64,000 nucleotides of DNA from Eledone cirrhosa (lineage: Eukaryota). The notes under the pieces are model-generated. The model saw only the letters and a program-made list of their open reading frames with translations. It was not told where the DNA came from and made no database searches. Each line of letters begins with the position of its first letter. Position 1 is the stretch's first letter. Positions 1 to 25,340 of the stretch are shown here, piece by piece. Both the position numbers and the translations under genes were made by a program. Location of the stretch: assembly GCA_964016885.1 (NCBI GenBank), contig OZ024747.1:24676001-24740000 (forward strand), read 5' to 3'.

Positions 1-1423
1 TGCAAAGCAAACTCTTTAACCACACAGCCATTTCTACTTAAAAATATATAATTGTTAAATGGATAATGGATAATGTTATTGGTACTCAAACCAGTATGTT
101 ACAGTGGAAATAATTATATTGTCTCTATCCCTCTTACCATCCCCCTCTCTCTCTCATACACACACACACATTGACACATACCACACACATGTGCACACGT
201 GCACACACATACACACATTTCACAGTGATAAACAAAAGCTGAGATGGTTCTTTAAACAATAGAGAAATGGTAAAGGCGTCCCATCCCCTCTAGCATAATC
301 TCACTGTAAAATCAATCAAACTCATTCTGCGATACATTCAATTATCTGCTACCATTCCATTCCCTAAACAAAGAATTTTTCTTGTATTGTTTATCAGTAA
401 AAATAGAGAAAGAGAGAGAAAAAGAGGGAAAGAAAGAGAGAGAATGGCAGAACCTAACACTGCCAAGGGGTTATATATTTCTCTCCATTATTTCAGTTTG
501 GTAATCTTGCAATAAGGTAAGGAATCAGTGACTCTATTCTATCCCAAGTCTCACTAGTGTTTCCGTTTTGGATTTGGTGCTATTCAAAGGATGTTTTCTT
601 CCTGAAGACAAACCTTAGGAAAGGTGAAAAAAAAAAACAATTTCTAAATGTCTTAGAATTTTTTGTGTTTTCCTGATTCCTGTCAAAGACATTTGTTTTT
701 GGAAAATGTTGGCTTCATTTGATGCTCCATAAACAGCACTGGCCTTTTCTTTCGACTACAGTCAGTATGAAGTTTGTCTGCATGTCTGGAAGACACTGTA
801 TTATTTATTAACTGGATCAGTCTGAATAGATATTTAGTCTAAGAGTCATCGAGTGCTAGACTAAATACTTAGTGCTATTCACCTTTGTCATTTATATATT
901 CATCTTGGCTATTCAATGCCTGTAATGAAACCTCCCAAAAGTAAGGGAGAAGATCAAAAGAAGTTGACTTTATTTATCAAGATATGGTGCAAGATATCCA
1001 GAAGAGGAAGAAGTAAAGACAACCCTGTGCAATCCAAAGAAATGAATGAGAAGGTGTGGTGGACATCATGTTACATATATTGACAACTTCAAACTGGATA
1101 CATGCCAGAAAAATATCAAAGAACTGAAGATGGCAATGGTGAACAGAAAAGTGTGTAGACTTCTCTGATTTGGTAATATTGTACCAGACATTGCTATTCT
1201 ATTTAAGTGAGAATTTGGAAAGGATCTCAATATATTGGTTCATATTAATCCAAAAGTTCATTATTATCCAAATTCTTTTATGAAAGGTTAAACGTACATG
1301 TTGTGTGTGTGTATGTATGTATATATATATCTTGCAACATATATATATATAGATATATATATATATATATATATCTTGCAACATATTGAGCACTATTTTC
1401 CTTGATCTTTCATCTACGGATTC

Positions 1424-4190
<2,767 letters not shown>

Positions 4191-4191
4191 C

Positions 4192-4441
4192 TCAACATCA
4201 CACCAGGACACGTCAAAACAGAAACTGACCACACAAAATTCAAGAGTCTTTGGACAAATTCCTCCAAGTAATCCCGGACAAACCACCCACACCCGGATAT
4301 GTCTCCGCAAACAGTAATTCTCTTCTCGAATGGGCCATGGTGCCCAAATCCTGAATTGAAAGACTTCGCCAGGTGGTGCTATTAAGTTAGACATGCCCTG
4401 GGCCAATACTGGCCAAAACATTTCAAAGTTATTCAAAGTTA
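4192..4441 (+). mobile_element. 5'-truncated 3' end of a CR1/L2-type LINE embedded in (TA)n
   Basis: Near-identical to 32795-33045, which follows an RT C-terminal region; ends in TTCAAAGTTATTCAAAGTT tail. Confidence 0.8.
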
Positions 4442-5082
<641 letters not shown>

Positions 5083-7845
5083 GAATATAGACATAGAATA
5101 TTCGAAAATATTCTGTATGTTTATAATAAACATTTTGAAGACCTAATCGCTATAGAATAGAATACGTCACGTATTACAATTAGATTCTCGATAAAAGAAA
5201 GGGAAGTAATCTACGCGTTTCATTCTCTGTTAGAATTCATCAGGACTACATATCCAGTGCTTTTATCGAGAATGACACAGCTAGAGACTTATAGAATACT
5301 TAGCTGTGTACAGGAACTGGTTTGAAAGAGCGGTGCCGGTCCGGCAGAAATTAGAAATTTGGAATAAATGCTCTGAAATAGCGATATATATGTGAATATA
5401 GACATAGAATATTCGAAAATATTCTGTATGTTTATAATAAACATTTGAAGACCTAATCGCTATAGAATAGAATACGTCCACGTATTACAATTAGATTCTC
5501 GATAAAGAAAGGGAAGTAATCTACGCGTTTCATTCTTGTTAGAATTCATCAGGACTACATATCCAGTGCTTTTATCGAGAATGACACAGCTAGAGACTTA
5601 TAGAATACTTAGCTGTGTACAGGAACTGGTTTGAAAGAGCGGTTGCCGGTCCGGCAGAAATTAGAAATTGGAATAAATGCTCTGAAATAGCGATATATAT
5701 GTGAATATAGACATAGAATATTCGAAAATATTCTGTATGTTTATAATAAACATTTGAAGACCTAATCGCTATAGAATAGAATACGTCACGTATTACAATT
5801 AGATTCTCGATAAAAGAAAGGGAAGTAATCTACGCGTTTCATTCTTGTTAGAATTCATCAGGACTACATATCCAGTGCTTTTATCGAGAATGACACAGCT
5901 AGAGACTTATAGAATACTTAGCTGTGTACAGGAACTGGTTTGAAAGAGCGGTTGCCGGTCCGGCAGAAATTAGAAATTGGAATAAATGCTCTGAAATAGC
6001 GATATATATGTGAATATAGACATAGAATATTCGAAAATATTCTGTATGTTTATAATAAACATTTTGAAGACCTAATCGCTATAGAATAGAATACGTCACG
6101 TATTACAATTAGATTCTCGATAAAAGAAAGGGAAGTAATCTACGCGTTTCATTCTTGTTAGAATTCATCAGGACTACATATCCAGTGCTTTTATCGAGAA
6201 TGACACAGCTAGAGACTTATAGAATACTTAGCTGTGTACAGGAACTGGTTTGAAAGAGCGGTTGCCGGTCCGGCAGAAATTAGAAATTGGAATAAATGCT
6301 CTGAAATAGCGATATATATGTGAATATAGACATAGAATATTCGAAAATATTCTGTATGTTTATAATAAACATTTTGAAGACCTAATCGCTATAGAATAGA
6401 ATACGTCACGTATTACAATTAGATTCTCGATAAAAGAAAGGGAAGTAATCTACGCGTTTCATTCTTGTTAGAATTCATCAGGACTACATATCCAGTGCTT
6501 TTATCGAGAATGACACAGCTAGAGACTTATAGAATACTTAGCTGTGTACAGGAACTGGTTTGAAAGAGCGGTTGCCGGTCCGGCAGAAATTAGAAATTGG
6601 AAGAAATGCTCTGAAATAGCGATATATATGTGAATATAGACATAGAATATTCGAAAATATTCTGTATGTTTATAATAAACATTTTGAAGACCTAATCGCT
6701 ATAGAATAGAATACGTCACGTATTACAATTAGATTCTCGATAAAAGAAAGGGAAGTAATCTACGCGTTTCATTCTTGTTAGAATTCATCAGGACTACATA
6801 TCCAGTGCTTTTATCGAGAATGACACAGCTAGAGACTTATAGAATACTTAGCTGTGTACAGGAACTGGTTTGAAAGAGCGGTTGCCGGTCCGGCAGAAAT
6901 TAGAAATTGGAATAAATGCTCTGAAATAGCGATATATATGTGAATATAGACATAGAATATTCGAAAATATTCTGTATGTTTATAATAAACATTTTGAAGA
7001 CCTAATCGCTATAGAATAGAATACGTCACGTATTACAATTAGATTCTCGATAAAAGAAAGGGAAGTAATCTACGCGTTTCATTCTTGTTAGAATTCATCA
7101 GGACTACATATCCAGTGCTTTTATCGAGAATGACACAGCTAGAGACTTATAGAATACTTAGCTGTGTACAGGAACTGGTTTGAAAGAGCGGTTGCCGGTC
7201 CGGCAGAAATTAGAAATTGGAATAAATGCTCTGAAATAGCGATATATATGTGAATATAGACATAGAATATTCGAAAATATCTGTATGTTTATAATAAACA
7301 TTTTGAAGACCTAATCGCTATAGAATAGAATACGTCACGTATTACAATTAGATTCTCGATAAAAGAAAGGGAAGTAATCTACGCGTTTCATTCTTGTTAG
7401 AATTCATCAGGACTACATATCCAGTGCTTTTATCGAGAATGACACAGCTAGAGACTTATAGAATACTTAGCTGTGTACAGGAACTGGTTTGAAAGAGCGG
7501 TTGCGGTCCGGCAGAAATTAGAAATTGGAATAAATGCTCTGAAATAGCGATATATATGTGAATATAGACATAGAATATTCGAAAATATTCTGTATGTTTA
7601 TAATAAAACATTTTGAAGACCTAATCGCTATAGAATAGAATACGTCACGTATTACAATTAGATTCTCGATAAAAGAAAGGGAAGTAATCTACGCGTTTCA
7701 TTCTTGTTAGAATTCATCAGGACTACATATCCAGTGCTTTTATCGAGAATGACACAGCTAGAGACTTATAGAATACTTAGCTGTGTACAGGAACTGGTTT
7801 GAAAGAGCGGTTGCCGGTCCGGCAGAAATTAGAAATTGGAATTGG
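5083..7845 (-). repeat. Left arm of 310-bp hammerhead-containing tandem array, about 9 units (ribozyme on minus strand)
   Basis: GAATATAGACATAG unit starts at 5083, 5394, 5703, 6012, 6322, 6632, 6942, 7252, 7560; units nearly identical. Confidence 0.97.
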
Positions 7846-10008
7846 AATTTCTGCCGGACCGGCAACCGCTCTTTCAAACCAGTTCCTGTACACAGCTAAG
7901 TATTCTATAAGTCTCTAGCTGTGTCATTCTCGATAAAAGCACTGGATATGTAGTCCTGATGAATTCTAACAAGAATGAAACGCGTAGATTACTTCCCTTT
8001 CTTTTATCGAGAATCTAATTGTAATACGTAACGTATTCTATTCTATAGCGATTAGGTCTTCAAAATGTTTATTATAAACATACAGAATATTTTCGAATAT
8101 TCTATGTCTATATTCACATATATATCGCTATTTCAGAGCATTTATTCCAATTTCTAATTTCTGCCGGACCGGCAACCGCTCTTTCAAACCAGTTCCTGTA
8201 CACAGCTAAGTATTCTATAAGTCTCTAGCTGTGTCATTCTCGATAAAAGCACTGGATATGTAGTCCTGATGAATTCTAACAAGAATGAAACGCGTAGATT
8301 ACTTCCCTTTCTTTTATCGAGAATCTAATTGTAATACGTGACGTATTCTATTCTATAGCGATTAGGTCTTCAAAATGTTTATTATAAACATACAGAATAT
8401 TTTCGAATATTCTATGTCTATATTCACATATATATCGCTATTTCAGAGCATTTATTCCAATTTCTAATTTCTGCCGGACCGGCAACCGCTCTTTCAAACC
8501 AGTTCCTGTACACAGCTAAGTATTCTATAAGTCTCTAGCTGTGTCATTCTCGATAAAAGCACTGGATATGTTAGTCCTGATGAATTCTAACAAGAATGAA
8601 ACGCGTAGATTACTTCCCTTTCTTTTATCGAGAATCTAATTGTAATACGTGACGTATTCTATTCTATAGCGATTAGGTCTTCAAAATGTTTATTATAAAC
8701 ATACAGAATATTTTCGAATATTCTATGTCTATATTCACATATATATCGCTATTTCAGAGCATTTATTCCAATTTCTAATTTCTGCCGGACCGGCAACCGC
8801 TCTTTCAAACCAGTTCCTGTACACAGCTAAGTATTCTATAAGTCTCTAGCTGTGTCATTCTCGATAAAAGCACTGGATATGTAGTCCTGATGAATTCTAA
8901 CAAGAATGAAACGCGTAGATTACTTCCCTTTCTTTTATCGAGAATCTAATTGTAATACGTGACGTATTCTATTCTATAGCGATTAGGTCTTCAAAATGTT
9001 TTATTATAAACATACAGAATATTTTCGAATATTCTATGTCTATATTCACATATATATCGCTATTTCAGAGCATTTATTCCATTTCTAATTTCTGCCGGAC
9101 CGGCAACCGCTCTTTCAAACCAGTTCCTGTACACAGCTAAGTATTCTATAAGTCTCTAGCTGTGTCATTCTCGATAAAAGCACTGGATATGTAGTCTGAT
9201 GAATTCTAACAAGAATGAAACGCGTAGATTACTTCCCTTTCTTTTATCGAGAATCTAATTGTAATACGTGACGTATTCTATTCTATAGCGATTAGGTCTT
9301 CAAAATGTTTATTATAAACATACAGAATATTTTCGAATATTCTATGTCTATATTCACATATATATCGCTATTTCAGAGCATTTATTCCAATTTCTAATTT
9401 CTGCCGGACCGGCAACCGCTCTTTCAAACCAGTTCCTGTACACAGCTAAGTATTCTATAAGTCTCTAGCTGTGTCATTCTCGATAAAAGCACTGGATATG
9501 TAGTCCTGATGAATTCTAACAAGAATGAAACGCGTAGATTACTTCCCTTTCTTTTATCGAGAATCTAATTGTAATACGTGACGTATTCTATTCTATAGCG
9601 ATTAGGTCTTCAAAATGTTTATTATAAACATACAGAATATTTTCGAATATTCTATGTCTATATTCACATATATATCGCTATTTCAGAGCATTTATTCCAA
9701 TTTCTAATTTCTGCCGGACCGGCAACGCTCTTTCAAACCAGTTCCTGTACACAGCTAAGTATTCTATAAGTCTCTAGCTGTGTCATTCTCGATAAAAGCA
9801 CTGGATATGTAGTCCTGATGAATTCTAACAAGAATGAAACGCGTAGATTACTTCCCTTTCTTTTATCGAGAATCTAATTGTAATACGTGACGTATTCTAT
9901 TCTATAGCGATTAGGTCTTCAAAATGTTTATTATAAACATACAGAATATTTTCGAATATTCTATGTCTATATTCACATATATATCGCTATTTCAGAGCAT
10001 TTATTCCA

Positions 10009-10014
<6 letters not shown>
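7846..10014 (+). repeat. Right, inverted arm of the same 310-bp array, 7 units (ribozyme on plus strand)
   Basis: Reverse complement of left arm; CTGCCGGACC recurs at 7851, 8161, 8471, 8782, 9092, 9401, 9711. Confidence 0.97.
7950..7992 (+). ncRNA. Type I hammerhead ribozyme (representative copy; one per 310-bp unit)
   Basis: GUAGUC-CUGAUGA-AUUCU(AACA)AGAAU-GAAA-CGCG-UA/GAUUAC: intact core, stem I 6 bp with one G-U, stem II 5 bp, palindromic stem III ACGCGU; distal stem 7926-7939 pairs with 8001-8014. Confidence 0.9.
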
Positions 10015-10052
<38 letters not shown>

Positions 10053-10077
10053 TATATTTATTAAAATAACAGATTAA

Positions 10078-10128
10078 AGTTTAAGCAAAGAATCGCTGCT
10101 TTCACCCTTAACGGGATCTTCTGAAACT
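10078..10128 (-). ncRNA. Variant hammerhead ribozyme in the Penelope 3' end
   Basis: AGUUU-CAGAAGA-UCCC(GUUAA)GGGU-GAAA-GCA(GCGAUUCUU)UGC-UU/AAACU; all three stems form, core has U4 to A change. Confidence 0.7.
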
Positions 10129-11047
10129 AACAAAGTCAATCTGTAAACGCAGAACTGGATATTTCAAAAAAACGTTGCAACCGGAGGAAGACAGGAAGAC
10201 GATAACTTTGGTTCGTGGTAACGTTCGCTGGCAAAGAACGGGAAAAAACGAATAATACGTCATTAATAGGAGCGGTGAAAAACAATTACGCGCAAAGACA
10301 GAACCACGTTTATGGTATAAAAGAGTTCGTAGACTAATGTTCTCTTAGGTGGTGCATAGAGACGTTCTCTGGCAATGAACGAAAAAACGAAGATAATAAG
10401 TCATATGTGGAGCGTGGAGAACAATAGCACGCAAAGACAAAACACGTAAATGGTATAGCAGAAATCGTAGACTAAAATTCTAACTAGGAGACCAAATGAA
10501 TCTCCGCTACAGAGTTAAGAACAAAGTAAATAAATACAATACAGAAGTAATAGAAACAAATAAATACATACACGCAAACAGATACGTACATACACAAAAC
10601 CTCACCATGGGTATACAAAACCACGCACATATAAATATGTGTGTGTGTATGCTTGTGTACAAATGAATAAATAATTATATAAACGTATATAAGTAAATAA
10701 ATACGTATATAACAAGCGCACACGCATACCTACATATAAATACACGAATGTTCGGAGACGTAAGTCAACTAAAACAAGAAGTACACATATACACACACCC
10801 ACCATACGTTACGAACCTGCACACTCACGCGGACGCAAAACTCCCGTATACACATAGCCAAACCCTAAATACCAAAATATGTAAAAATTATACGCTATAA
10901 ACAGTCAAATATACGTACGAGAAGGTATACATACCTTCACAAAACATACGGGTAATATATACTTACCTATGCAAATAAGTAAAGGAATAAACAAAACATA
11001 TACTTAGCTCCCACATCAAGACGTAAAATATCCACGTATAGATCGTG

Positions 11048-12708
11048 CTATCCGTTAGGGTATAACGTGGGGCTGTAATACAGGAAAGTTTTGTGCAATT
11101 TATGTTTACAAGCCGAATTGCCTCAGATTTTTTGTTTAAAATGTGGTCTGTAGCGTAGAGTATTTCCAGGGCCTCAGCGGCGCAGAGGTCACATGGTCTT
11201 TTATTTCCGTTATACGATCTAGCCCTAGCTAGGATCTCCCAGTGTAACTTATATTGGGTGTGGTTGTCTTTTAGACTCCAGATATAAGCTGAAAGTTGAC
11301 GTCATATTCCTTCTTAGAGGGTAACGAAAAAATGGGTATGCATGTAAAGACGCTGCTTGAAACTATTGACGGTTAACCCTATGTAGGCCCTACGGGACGT
11401 GGGTGTTACAACCTTACATTTGTAGACAATGTTACTAGAGAGGCATTTCCTGGATAGGGGGCAATCAGCCGATTCCTACAATTACAGTTAGTACTAACTA
11501 CAGGGTTGCACGTGTTCCTATGGCTAGGTAGTTTAGCTAAATTTGAAGCTGTGATGTTATGTGCACGGTTAGGAGTTGTAGAGTAAGAAATTTTAATAGT
11601 ATTTCTATTAAAAATTTTACTATATTTATGTGTAGGGGGAAAATGCTTCGAAATAAGGGAAAGAAAGATCTTAGCTAATGGTGTGGCCACCTCCATATTA
11701 TATGGTGGGTTAAACCAACAAATGCGACGGGATCTATTTCTTCTAGGTCTATTTTCGTACTCTGTATATGCTACCTTATCGACAAATCCACTTCGAGCAA
11801 GAGCTTCATCGTAATAAGTGGAATGGTGGTTGAAAATGCGCTCGTTGGTGGAAAGACGCGAAAGCCTCAACGAAACGTTTCTTACCAGGTTCTTGGTTAT
11901 GCTGGCAGGATGGTTGGAATGCTTACTTATGTAATTAAGCGTATCATTCGGCTTAATATACGGGTAATACAACCATTCAATAAATTGAGGGTAACGTCGA
12001 GGTAATTAACGACCGAGAGATTGGCCTCAACCTGTATAGAGAGGTTGAAGCCTTTAAAGAAGGCTGTGAGTTCTTTTCTGAACCTGTCGCAAGCACGAGG
12101 TCCGCACTTAGTCATGGTCAAAAGACCATCGTCACGGTACAAACCACCGCCCGCGTTGGGGAATTCGTCCTTGATAGAGAAAAGAAGGAAAAGGCCAATA
12201 AGATCAGTAACCTCCGCAGAGTCACTGGCGCCATACTCACGTCGAATGGGGTACTATTGGATTTTTTAATCCAAATAGAGTCGTCGAAATTAATCACCGA
12301 CTTTCGGGCATTAAGGATGACATCAACTTCAAAATCCTTAACCACTGTGAGTGTTTTACCGAAATTGATAGCTCTAAGGAGAAAGTGGTAAAGTGATGGA
12401 GGAGTAGTAATTGTTGATGTCGAATTGGATAAAACGGCAATGTTCCTTGTTACATATGCCGTTGAACCAATCAATCACCGCGAAGAGTTGTTCCACACTG
12501 CAAGAGGGCCCAAACTTCTAATTTCAGGTATAATTCTATCAAGAATCGTTTTACTAAGTCTACCTAAATCGGACTTCGTAGGGTTAATAAGCCGAATTGT
12601 TCGGAAAATTGGATTTGTGATCCTTCAGGGTAAAGTGGGGAGAGATAGGGTCCAGAGGTTCGGCTCCGGTCCAGGATGTTGAGATCAGATGTGATTTTAA
12701 ACCCGAGC
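11048..12708 (-). pseudogene. Frameshifted Penelope-type reverse transcriptase + GIY-YIG endonuclease
   Basis: Fragments read [92 protein letters not shown]. Confidence 0.9.
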
Positions 12709-16010
<3,302 letters not shown>

Positions 16011-16093
16011 CGTTATTCCGGGTTGAATCGGAGGTAACCACAGTAAGTAAGGTACTCAATACATAGCAGAGTATAACAGTTTTAATATAGATG

Positions 16094-16144
16094 AGATTCT
16101 ACAGGACTAGAACTGTTTCATTCATTAGAAATCATCAGGAATCT
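16094..16144 (-). ncRNA. Hammerhead ribozyme (left arm copy)
   Basis: AGAUUC-CUGAUGA-UUUC(UAAU)GAAU-GAAA-CAG(UUCUAGUC)CUG-UA/GAAUCU. Confidence 0.85.
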
Positions 16145-16881
16145 GGGTATCAAAAAATAAATATGGTATTTATAGGTCTCTACAAGTGGTAGGAGAGGGT
16201 GGGGAGTGGGATGGGTGCAGGTCATTGGTTGATAGAGAAGGGAATTCATTAAAAGCTAATTCTACAAAGCTATAGTTAATTTATATTTATTTATGTTTTT
16301 AGAGTAACAAAGGCAGACAGAATTCTATAAACAGGTTCTGGATGGCATACCCATTCCTTGTCAATAAGTTTCTCTTAAGCTAGCAGATGTCTATAAAATC
16401 AGTGGGGGGTCATTCATGCTCGATAGAATTAAAGAAAAGGGAGATTCTTTAAAAGCTAAAGTCATTAAGGTTCTGCTAAGTGACAAAGGTCTAGGGAATT
16501 CTGCAGACAGATTCAAAATACTGAGTGCATATCTTACTATTATCTTCGAACTTCTCTTAAACTAATCAACAATATGCCAAATCAACAGACACATTCACAA
16601 AAAAACAAAAAAACCCCAAAAAAACAAAAAAACAGAAAAACAAAAAAAACCACACCTAAAGAACAAAAAAACACACATACTCACTCACACACTTACGCGC
16701 AACCATAAACACACACATAAACACATATACACACATAAAAACACACACATATATATAAAAAAAATATATAAATATATACAAATATATATTCATGTACACA
16801 CACATACATACACACATACATACATACATAAAATACATATACACATATACATACGCACACATATATAATATATATATATAT

Positions 16882-16930
<49 letters not shown>

Positions 16931-17043
16931 TATATACACACATATATATATACACACATACACACACACACACACATACATACATATATATATATACATA
17001 TATATATATATACATACATATATATACAAATATATATATATAT

Positions 17044-17092
<49 letters not shown>

Positions 17093-17223
17093 GACACAGA
17101 TACACACACACATATACACATACATACATATGTATACTCGTGTTTGTATGTATGCGTGTGTGTGTATTTATTTGTGTATATATGTCGTGTATGTGTGTAT
17201 GAATGTGTATATGTGTGTGTATC

Positions 17224-17264
<41 letters not shown>

Positions 17265-17299
17265 ATATATATATATATATATTTGTATATATATGTATG

Positions 17300-17330
<31 letters not shown>

Positions 17331-17383
17331 GTATGTATGTGTGTGTGTGTGTATGTGTGTATATATATATGTGTGTATATATA

Positions 17384-17428
<45 letters not shown>

Positions 17429-18175
17429 ATATATATATATATATATTATATATGTGTGCGTATGTATATGTGTATATGTATTTTATATATGTATGTATGT
17501 ATGTATGTGTGTATGTATGTGTGTGTACATGAATATATATTTGTATATATTTATATATTTTTTTTATATATATGTGTGTGTTTTTATGTGTGTATATGTG
17601 TTTATGTGTGTGTTTATGGTTGCGCGTAAGTGTGTGAGTGAGTATGTGTGTTTTTTTGTTCTTTAGGTGTGGTTTTTTTTGTTTTTCTGTTTTTTTGTTT
17701 TTTGGGGTTTTTTTGTTTTTTTGTGAATGTGTCTGTTGATTTGGCATATTGTTGATTAGTTTAAGAGAAGTTCGAAGATAATAGTAAGATATGCACTCAG
17801 TATTTTGAATCTGTCTGCAGAATTCCCTAGACCTTTGTCACTTAGCAGAACCTTAATGACTTTAGCTTTTAAAGAATCTCCCTTTTCTTTAATTCTATCG
17901 AGCATGAATGACCCCCCACTGATTTTATAGACATCTGCTAGCTTAAGAGAAACTTATTGACAAGGAATGGTATGCCATCCGGAACCTGTTTATAGAATTC
18001 TGTCTGCCTTTGTTACTCTAAAAACATAAATAAATATAAATTAACTATAGCTTTGTAGAATTAGCTTTTAATGAATTCCCTTCTCTATCAACCAATGACC
18101 TGCACCCATCCCACTCCCCACCCTCTCCTACCACTTGTAGAGACCTATAAATACCATATTTATTTTTTGATACCC

Positions 18176-18226
18176 AGATTCCTGATGATTTCTAATGAAT
18201 GAAACAGTTCTAGTCCTGTAGAATCT
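18176..18226 (+). ncRNA. Hammerhead ribozyme (right arm copy)
   Basis: Same motif as 16094-16144 on the opposite strand. Confidence 0.85.
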
Positions 18227-18242
18227 CATCTATATTAAAACT

Positions 18243-24984
<6,742 letters not shown>

Positions 24985-25146
24985 TGTTATACTTTGGGAG
25001 GGTCATGTTGCCAATAAGAAACACACGCACCAGTTGCTTTCACTTCAATTAATTTAATATATATTTATAAATTTACAAATTTATAAATTTATAAATTTCT
25101 GGTTGGTTGGTTGGTTCCACAACCAGATAGTTGTTTATATATATAT

Positions 25147-25191
25147 AGTCATAGTTCTTTCGTCACACACTCTGTGACCTCTTCAGTGACT
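25147..25191 (-). ncRNA. Hammerhead ribozyme (left arm)
   Basis: Mirror of 25296-25340. Confidence 0.75.
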
Positions 25192-25295
25192 GGGGATTTC
25201 TTCTTCGTTTCTGTGCCTTTCCTTTCTTCTATCCTACGCCAAAATGGCGTAGGATAGAAGAAAGGAAAGGCACAGAAACGAAGAAAGAAATCCCC

Positions 25296-25340
25296 AGTCA
25301 CTGAAGAGGTCACAGAGTGTGTGACGAAAGAACTATGACT
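25296..25340 (+). ncRNA. Hammerhead ribozyme (right arm)
   Basis: AGUCA-CUGAAGA-G-GUCAC(AGAGUGU)GUGAC-GAAA-GAAC-UA/UGACU; minimal stem III. Confidence 0.75.

Larger units (their letters stand above)
10048..12708 (-). mobile_element. 5'-truncated Penelope-like retroelement (Naiad-like) with about 1 kb 3' UTR
   Basis: RT and GIY-YIG motifs in frameshifted ORF; hammerhead-like motif near 3' end; flanked by (TA)n on both sides. Confidence 0.9.
16078..18242. repeat. About 2.2-kb fold-back palindrome (arms about 1.04 kb, spacer about 17122-17202), probable Penelope-type 3' end
   Basis: AGTTTTAATATAGATGAGATTC at 16078 is the reverse complement of the sequence ending at 18242; unique parts of the arms match with few differences. 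Confidence 0.95.

Noticed and set aside
520-800. Second exon of the PDE8-like gene
   Set aside because: An acceptor-like tract exists on the minus strand near 615-640, but the phase-0 frames hit stops quickly and show no PDE8 similarity
5083-10014. CRISPR array, 5S rDNA or tRNA cluster interpretation
   Set aside because: Whole units are identical with no unique spacers; no 5S or tRNA sequence recognised; eukaryotic context
11048-11500. Selenocysteine (UGA) codons as reported for some Naiad elements
   Set aside because: The conserved Cys positions I could read (CNC, CP, CDLC, CKH) are TGT/TGC; disruptions are frameshifts
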